Origin: Promethearchaeota archaeon
Lineage (GTDB): Archaea; Asgardarchaeota; Lokiarchaeia; Sigyniarchaeales; SOKP01
NCBI GenBank assembly: GCA_048940645.1
Contig: JBHLOI010000040.1
Location: forward strand, 1 to 33,854
DNA length: 33,854 nucleotides
Reading direction: 5' to 3'
Within the stretch, counting starts at the first letter, position 1; the number at the start of each line of letters is the position of its first letter. This document shows, piece after piece, positions 28,558 to 33,854 of the stretch. The notes below the pieces were generated by a model. The model saw only the letters and a list, made by a program, of their open reading frames with translations, ran no database searches and had not been told where the DNA came from. A program made the translations under genes and the position numbers.

Positions 28558-29400
28558 ATGATTTCTATGGAATTTACTATTAATTATTTAAAACAGCTTG
28601 CTTTGAAAGTTTATGACGCTGTATATCCACTTCTAGGTCGAAAAGAAGCATCTGTAAAATCTGAGAGGGGAGCAGGGGGAGATATGACAATGTACATTGA
28701 TTTGGTTGCTGAAGAGATAATTATTAAATCTCTAAACAAAGATAAGGTAAATTGTTTATTAATTAGTGAAGAAATTGGAGAGAAATATATTGGAGATGAA
28801 GTTCAGGCAAAAAAGAATAAGAATGTACTTATAATTGATCCCCTTGATGGGTCAAATAATGCAGTAAGAGGTATTCCCTATTGTTCGGTATCCATAGCAT
28901 ATGCGATTGGAAATAAAATAAATGATATAATAAAAGCAGTAGTTCTTGATTTAAATACAAGAGATATATATTGGGCTGAAAAAGGAAAAGGAGCATTTCT
29001 TAATAATACAAAGATACACGTTTCTGATTTAGATATCACACAAAAATGCTTTTTTGAATTAAATCTTCCAATGAAAAATATAATGAAAAACTTGCAGAAG
29101 TTAGCTCCATTAATAAGAAGATTTTATCGAATCAGAATATTGGGAAGTACCGCTTTAACTTTATGCCAAATAGCAGGTGGTAGTATGGAAGCTTTTATTA
29201 ATTTAAGAGAAAGTAACCGCTTAGTAGATGTAGCTGCAGGTTTTTTAATATTAAAAGAAGCGGGAGGTAGAATCTTTTCTTTAGATGGAAAGGAAATTAA
29301 TAAAGATTTATCAATAGAATTAAAATTTCCATTTATTGCATGTAATGTTAAATTAGAATCATTTCTTAAAACTGAGCTAATTAATAAAAAGAGTAAGTAA
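28558..29400 (+). CDS. Bifunctional inositol monophosphatase/FBPase (IMPase family)
   Basis: GAGGD, ISEE, IIDPLDGS.N, RILGS.AL and DVAAG motifs. Confidence 0.92.
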   Translation: MISMEFTINYLKQLALKVYDAVYPLLGRKEASVKSERGAGGDMTMYIDLVAEEIIIKSLNKDKVNCLLISEEIGEKYIGDEVQAKKNKNVLIIDPLDGSNNAVRGIPYCSVSIAYAIGNKINDIIKAVVLDLNTRDIYWAEKGKGAFLNNTKIHVSDLDITQKCFFELNLPMKNIMKNLQKLAPLIRRFYRIRILGSTALTLCQIAGGSMEAFINLRESNRLVDVAAGFLILKEAGGRIFSLDGKEINKDLSIELKFPFIACNVKLESFLKTELINKKSK

Positions 29401-29471
29401 GATTTATTCTTCTTACTTTAATGTATCTATTTTAAATTTATTAAAAAACTTTAAAAATAAGAAAAAAGTAA

Positions 29472-29548
29472 TATAGATTGGAGGATAATTGGTTTAGGTG
29501 TGGTCATTCGAGAAGCCATTTTTCTAAACTGATTCCTCCATTTCTATA
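29472..29548 (+). other. Long imperfect hairpin between convergent genes
   Basis: TGGAGG/CCTCCA, AATTGGTTTAG/CTAAACTGATT (two G-U pairs on the + strand), TGG/CCA and TATAG/CTATA. Confidence 0.55.
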
Positions 29549-29618
29549 AGCTTGATTTAAGATTTCAACCATCCTGAAAAGTTTCCTCTTCCTTTGAAAT
29601 TCTAATTATGTTCTGTAT

Positions 29619-30350
29619 CTAATGAAGAATTATGTTATCTATTAATGTTATCCCATTCAAACCATAGAGATTATAATTTGGATGAGATCCTGAATAATCT
29701 TCGCCTACTATAACCAAATAGTGGATTGTATGCATTTTTGCTGTGTCTCCCACTTCCCAAGAGTCATATGGATTTACAAATTCCCCTGATCCTCTGCCAC
29801 ATATTAAAACTGATTCTAAGGTGGAAGTTACAAAAACATACCAAAACCATGGCATATATTTAATGTTTCCATCTTCATCAAAGTCATTATCATCAAGTGT
29901 GGTTAAATTAATCGTGAATCTAAACTGATATATATAATCCATTTCTCCTGAAAGTAATGGTGTAGCGGAAGGGATAGATTCAGCAGGAATAAAAACATAA
30001 AATGGAGCATCTTTTACACGTAAATTGACGGAAACAAGGACTATGTTATCTTTCAGCATTCTTTCAACTACAAAACCATCATAATCACAGGTTAATGGTG
30101 GTTTATAAATCCCTACGGGAGGATAAGATGGATCAATTAAATGAGCCTCTATGGCTAGATTTCTATCAAAATCCACCATATATCCCATTGGCATATCATC
30201 CACAAGATTATTAGCGATTAACCAATCCTCTATTGGCCTAATTTTTATTTTTCCTTTTCCTCTATGTGCTACAGCTGCTGGAATGAAACTGAAAATGACA
30301 GTTATTACTATTACCAATAATCCAATTCTTTTTATTTTCGATTTTTCCAT
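29619..30350 (-). CDS. Hypothetical secreted protein
   Basis: Signal-peptide-like N-terminus (KIKR, hydrophobic stretch, AVA) and a beta-rich body. Confidence 0.7.
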   Translation of the reverse strand: MEKSKIKRIGLLVIVITVIFSFIPAAVAHRGKGKIKIRPIEDWLIANNLVDDMPMGYMVDFDRNLAIEAHLIDPSYPPVGIYKPPLTCDYDGFVVERMLKDNIVLVSVNLRVKDAPFYVFIPAESIPSATPLLSGEMDYIYQFRFTINLTTLDDNDFDEDGNIKYMPWFWYVFVTSTLESVLICGRGSGEFVNPYDSWEVGDTAKMHTIHYLVIVGEDYSGSHPNYNLYGLNGITLIDNIILH

Positions 30351-30388
30351 TTTTTTTCACTCTTTTTTTTTAAAGTAAATTATGATTT

Positions 30389-30427
30389 TGAGCAATCCCA
30401 ATAATATGGTAAATATGGGATGGCTCA
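30389..30427. promoter_or_regulatory. Inverted repeat in the divergent promoter region
   Basis: TGAGC-A-ATCCCA...TGGGAT-G-GCTCA with a 15-nt spacer. Confidence 0.45.
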
Positions 30428-30598
30428 TCATCATTAATATATGGGAAAGATTTATATTTAAATATTGTGATCATTTTTATAGAGAATAAAAAAAATAAAG
30501 TTTCATTTACAATATGAAAAAAACCGTTTTACATATTAATTTTAAAAAATAATTATTCTATATTGAAAAATTGCAGCTGAAAGGGATATTGGATTAAA

Positions 30599-31360
30599 AT
30601 GGATAAAGATGATAAAGACATTAATGATATTAATTTAAAAAATATAACCACTAGGCAAGAAATGTATAAAGATATAATTCTGGAAGAAGATTGGTTGGAT
30701 TTAATAGACAAACACGAATTACGCTATGAAATTTGGGCGATCCTCAAACTATATAATGAATTGAATGTTACAGAAATTTCTCATTTGGTAAAACAGAGCA
30801 GATCAACCGTGTCAAGAGTATTAATAGGGATGGAAAAGGATGGTTTGATTATATCAAGGAGAGGAGAAAAAAAGGAGGGCGAAGGAGAGAAAATTCCGCC
30901 GAAATACTATCGGATAAATGAAGAATTCAAAGAAAAATTTGAAGGAGACATAAGTGAATTAGAAATCCCAACAGATCCTCATAAACTTCGTGAATTCTTT
31001 ATTTCAGAGATTAACAATTACAGAAACGCTATTTACAATATTCATAAATTACTTGAATTCATGGATCCTTTATTAAATATTTTTGAAGATCAATTAGAGG
31101 ATATCAGTAAAGCAAAAAGTATTTATAATACGTATCTATCTGGTAAAAATGAACCATGGTTTAATCTCTTGTATTTTGATCATGAATGCTATGAAAAATT
31201 TTTAGATATTAGGTTAGAATATTTGTTAAAATTAGAAAAACTTGCTAGGGAGCAAGAATTAAATCCTAAAAACGCCTTTGTCTATTTAGATGCTTCATTA
31301 CCGCTAAAAGCTATATTTGAACTGAAAAAAAATAGACTTTTAAAATCGAAAAAAAGTTAA
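30599..31360 (+). CDS. ArsR/MarR-like winged-helix transcriptional regulator
   Basis: RYEIWAIL...LNVTEIS...SRSTVSRVL..MEKDGLI...KYYRI. Confidence 0.8.
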   Translation: MDKDDKDINDINLKNITTRQEMYKDIILEEDWLDLIDKHELRYEIWAILKLYNELNVTEISHLVKQSRSTVSRVLIGMEKDGLIISRRGEKKEGEGEKIPPKYYRINEEFKEKFEGDISELEIPTDPHKLREFFISEINNYRNAIYNIHKLLEFMDPLLNIFEDQLEDISKAKSIYNTYLSGKNEPWFNLLYFDHECYEKFLDIRLEYLLKLEKLAREQELNPKNAFVYLDASLPLKAIFELKKNRLLKSKKS

Positions 31361-31496
31361 CTTTCTATTTCTTAGGTTTATAGCAAAAAGATTTATTACA
31401 CAGATTTGTACTTATTCTTAATATTAATTAAAAAAACTTATTTGTAAATCTGAAATTCAATTTAAGTTAAACAAGAAGTTACAAAAAAATTAACCT

Positions 31497-33038
31497 ATGC
31501 TAAATTCAAATAGTAAGGAATTGACTCGAGCAAAACAACTCATTAATGAATGTAAATTACAAGAAGCTCTTTTACTAGTGAATGAATTTAGAAAAAAAAA
31601 AGCTCTCTCGCGTAATGAACAAATCTCATATTATTTACTTAAAAGTTCTCTATCACTGTACTTATTTCAAGAACAAGGTATCTTCGAGTACGCTGAAAAG
31701 GCTTATCAAGAAAGCCAAAAACTCGGAATTTCCATTCAATTAGTTGATGTGTATATTCAGATGGCCATGGGTCTAATATTTCGGTTTAAATCAGAAGAAA
31801 CTCTTGGATTTATAGTAAAAGCTGAAGATCTAATCAAGATGCTTACTGAAGAACCGCCAACAGAGCTTTTAGAAAGGAAAGCTTCTATCGCTTTTATTAA
31901 AGCTTGGCTTTACTCTGACCAAAACGAAAAAGATAAAGGTTTAGAATGGGCTCAGCAAGGACTTGAAATACGAGAAGAAATTGACCTCAAAGCTGGTATT
32001 GGAATCTCTTTATGGCAAATTGCATGGATATATTTTAGGAGCGACAATGAACTTGCTTTGAAATATGTAGACCGATGCATAAAATTTTGTGAAAAAATTA
32101 ATTATAAAAATTTGAATCAAAAGTGCAATATGTTAAAAGGATTGGTTTACCTATGGAAAGGTGAGTTAGCTTATGCTTTAAAATACTTTAATCTTAGTAA
32201 GAAACTACTAGAAGAATTGCCCAGAGTAAATAAGGATTCATTCAGCGCAGCACAGTTGTTCCATCTTATCGGAAGTGTTTATCGGGACAAAAATGAGTTA
32301 GACATAGCCAAGGAATATTTCGAAAGAGCTTTAGTAATTAAAGAAAAGGTTGGTGCTTATTTCGCCAAAGTATTGACTCTTGATGAATTAATGTCTTTAT
32401 CACTTTATAAGAGCGATCTTAAGGAGGCGGAAAAATATTTAAAAGAAATGAAGGAAATCAGCGACCAAGAAAATAATAAATATCTAAATTTATGTTATCG
32501 CGTAAATATGGCTAGATTACTAAAATTGAGCCCTCTTATTAGTAGTCGAGCGAAAGCTGAAGAGATACTAAAAGAATCATTAGACGATAAGGTGGCAGAT
32601 AACGAAGTAAAAATAATAACTCTGCTTAACTTAACTGATTTACTCTTAGCTAAGCTAGATAAGACCAATGATCTTAAAGTACTCGACGAAATACAGCTAT
32701 ATACAACTCAACTACATGATATTGCTAAAAGCCAAAACTCTTACTCGTTTCTTGCCGAAACGTACTTATTGCGAGCTAAATTGGAGCTATTGACATTAAA
32801 TTTAAAACAGAGCCAACGATTTTTAGATGAAGCTCAAGATATAGCCGAAATATATGGTCTGAACCTATTACTTAGGAGAATATTAATAGAGCAGGATAAT
32901 TTGGTTAATCAAACTGAGAATTGGGAAAGATTAAAGAGAATGAAAGCTAATATAGCTGAACTCATAAATCTAGCTCACATAGAAGAGCAATTAAACCATA
33001 TGATGAGAAAGCGCTTTCTTTTAAAAAATGTTGTTTAA
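31497..33038 (+). CDS. Tetratricopeptide repeat protein
   Basis: TPR-like units such as GLVYLWKGELAYALKYFNLS and IGSVYRDKNELDIAKEYFERAL. Confidence 0.85.
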   Translation: MLNSNSKELTRAKQLINECKLQEALLLVNEFRKKKALSRNEQISYYLLKSSLSLYLFQEQGIFEYAEKAYQESQKLGISIQLVDVYIQMAMGLIFRFKSEETLGFIVKAEDLIKMLTEEPPTELLERKASIAFIKAWLYSDQNEKDKGLEWAQQGLEIREEIDLKAGIGISLWQIAWIYFRSDNELALKYVDRCIKFCEKINYKNLNQKCNMLKGLVYLWKGELAYALKYFNLSKKLLEELPRVNKDSFSAAQLFHLIGSVYRDKNELDIAKEYFERALVIKEKVGAYFAKVLTLDELMSLSLYKSDLKEAEKYLKEMKEISDQENNKYLNLCYRVNMARLLKLSPLISSRAKAEEILKESLDDKVADNEVKIITLLNLTDLLLAKLDKTNDLKVLDEIQLYTTQLHDIAKSQNSYSFLAETYLLRAKLELLTLNLKQSQRFLDEAQDIAEIYGLNLLLRRILIEQDNLVNQTENWERLKRMKANIAELINLAHIEEQLNHMMRKRFLLKNVV

Positions 33039-33112
33039 ATATTAATTTTTAAATTCAAAATTTTTTTGAATTAACCTTTAATTCTTCTATTTATATGATT
33101 AAACAATAATTT

Positions 33113-33712
33113 TTGATTGAATTGATAAGATTAAACAGAGAATTTTTTAACAGACATACAATAGAGGTCGCTAAAGAATTATTAGGTAAATATATAGTGA
33201 GAAAGACGAAAAGAGGAAACATGATTGGAAAAATAGTTGAAGTAGAAGCTTATTTAGGTCCAAGCGATAAGGCATGCCATAGTTATAATTATAGAAAAAC
33301 AGAAAGAACCAAACCAATGTATATGAAACCGGGAACGTTATATATTTACTTTATATATGGAATGTATTACTGTTTAAATGTAGTTACTGAACCAGAAGGA
33401 CTGCCTTGTGCGGTTCTGATAAGAAAACTATATCCTATTGATGGAATTGAAATTATGAAAAAGAATAGAAAAGCTAAAATCGGTAAAAATTACAAAAACT
33501 TAACTAATGGTCCTGCTAAATTATGTATGGCTTTAAACATTACAAAATCAGAATTTAATGGAAAAGATTCATGCGATTCTAATTCGATACTATTTTTCAC
33601 TTGGGGGGAAAATTTTAATCCTAATAAAATAATTTTGGGAAAAAGAATTGGTATAGAATATGCTCAGGAAGATAAAGATAAATTGTTAAGATTTACATTA
33701 AAGGGCTCTTAG
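33113..33712 (+). CDS. DNA-3-methyladenine glycosylase (MPG/AAG family), TTG start
   Basis: VAKELLGK, IVEVEAY, YIYFIYGMYYCLNVV, AVLIR, GPAKLC.AL and RIGI motifs. Confidence 0.93.
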   Translation: MIELIRLNREFFNRHTIEVAKELLGKYIVRKTKRGNMIGKIVEVEAYLGPSDKACHSYNYRKTERTKPMYMKPGTLYIYFIYGMYYCLNVVTEPEGLPCAVLIRKLYPIDGIEIMKKNRKAKIGKNYKNLTNGPAKLCMALNITKSEFNGKDSCDSNSILFFTWGENFNPNKIILGKRIGIEYAQEDKDKLLRFTLKGS

Positions 33713-33854
33713 GTTTTCATTCTCTATTAGCTAAAAATTCACTTTCCTAAATTTGTAAATATTTAATTCTAATATAACCATAATACATTCATTTATCTTA
33801 GACAAAAAAGAATAAATTTAAATAACAAATCTAAGACTTTTCAAATAGATTATA

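Noticed and set aside
25526-30378. ORFs 25526..25738, 26656..27177, 28140..28460, 29743..29928 and 30151..30378
   Set aside because: Out-of-frame or antisense overlaps with well-supported genes.
1-33854. Genome-wide UGA reassignment (genetic code 4 or 25)
   Set aside because: TGA ends uS10 at its normal length, Trp is encoded by TGG throughout, and in-frame TGAs occur only in Cys contexts.
1-33854. CRISPR arrays, tRNA/rRNA genes, transposases and integrases
   Set aside because: I saw no repeat-spacer periodicity, no GC-rich structural RNA genes and no recombinase motifs.

Overview
This is a very AT-rich archaeal chromosomal window. Its content points to an Asgard archaeon, probably Lokiarchaeia-like: a longin-domain protein, a C4C4 RING, a Bud23-like methyltransferase, a eukaryote-like SECIS and archaeal uS10/CDC48. 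That assignment is inference. The left part holds the 3' end of cdc48, an FrhB-family gene, and a divergent hdrA. The ORF track splits hdrA, but it reads as one 678-aa selenoprotein with two in-frame UGA codons at conserved Cys positions, followed by an AUGA/GA SECIS-like hairpin. Next is a ~10-kb cluster with three glutamate dehydrogenases around a His-kinase/REC pair and two paralogous Lrp/AsnC regulators, one fused to a REC domain and one to a Zn-ribbon. A recurring 13-bp YGAA-N5-TTCR palindrome sits in the promoters of this cluster. The middle holds small genes, including an unannotated 48-aa ORF with a SelW-like YCxxUG motif. The right part holds housekeeping and envelope genes. I saw no rRNA, tRNA, CRISPR array or transposase. 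All family calls come from motif recognition by eye; no searches were run.
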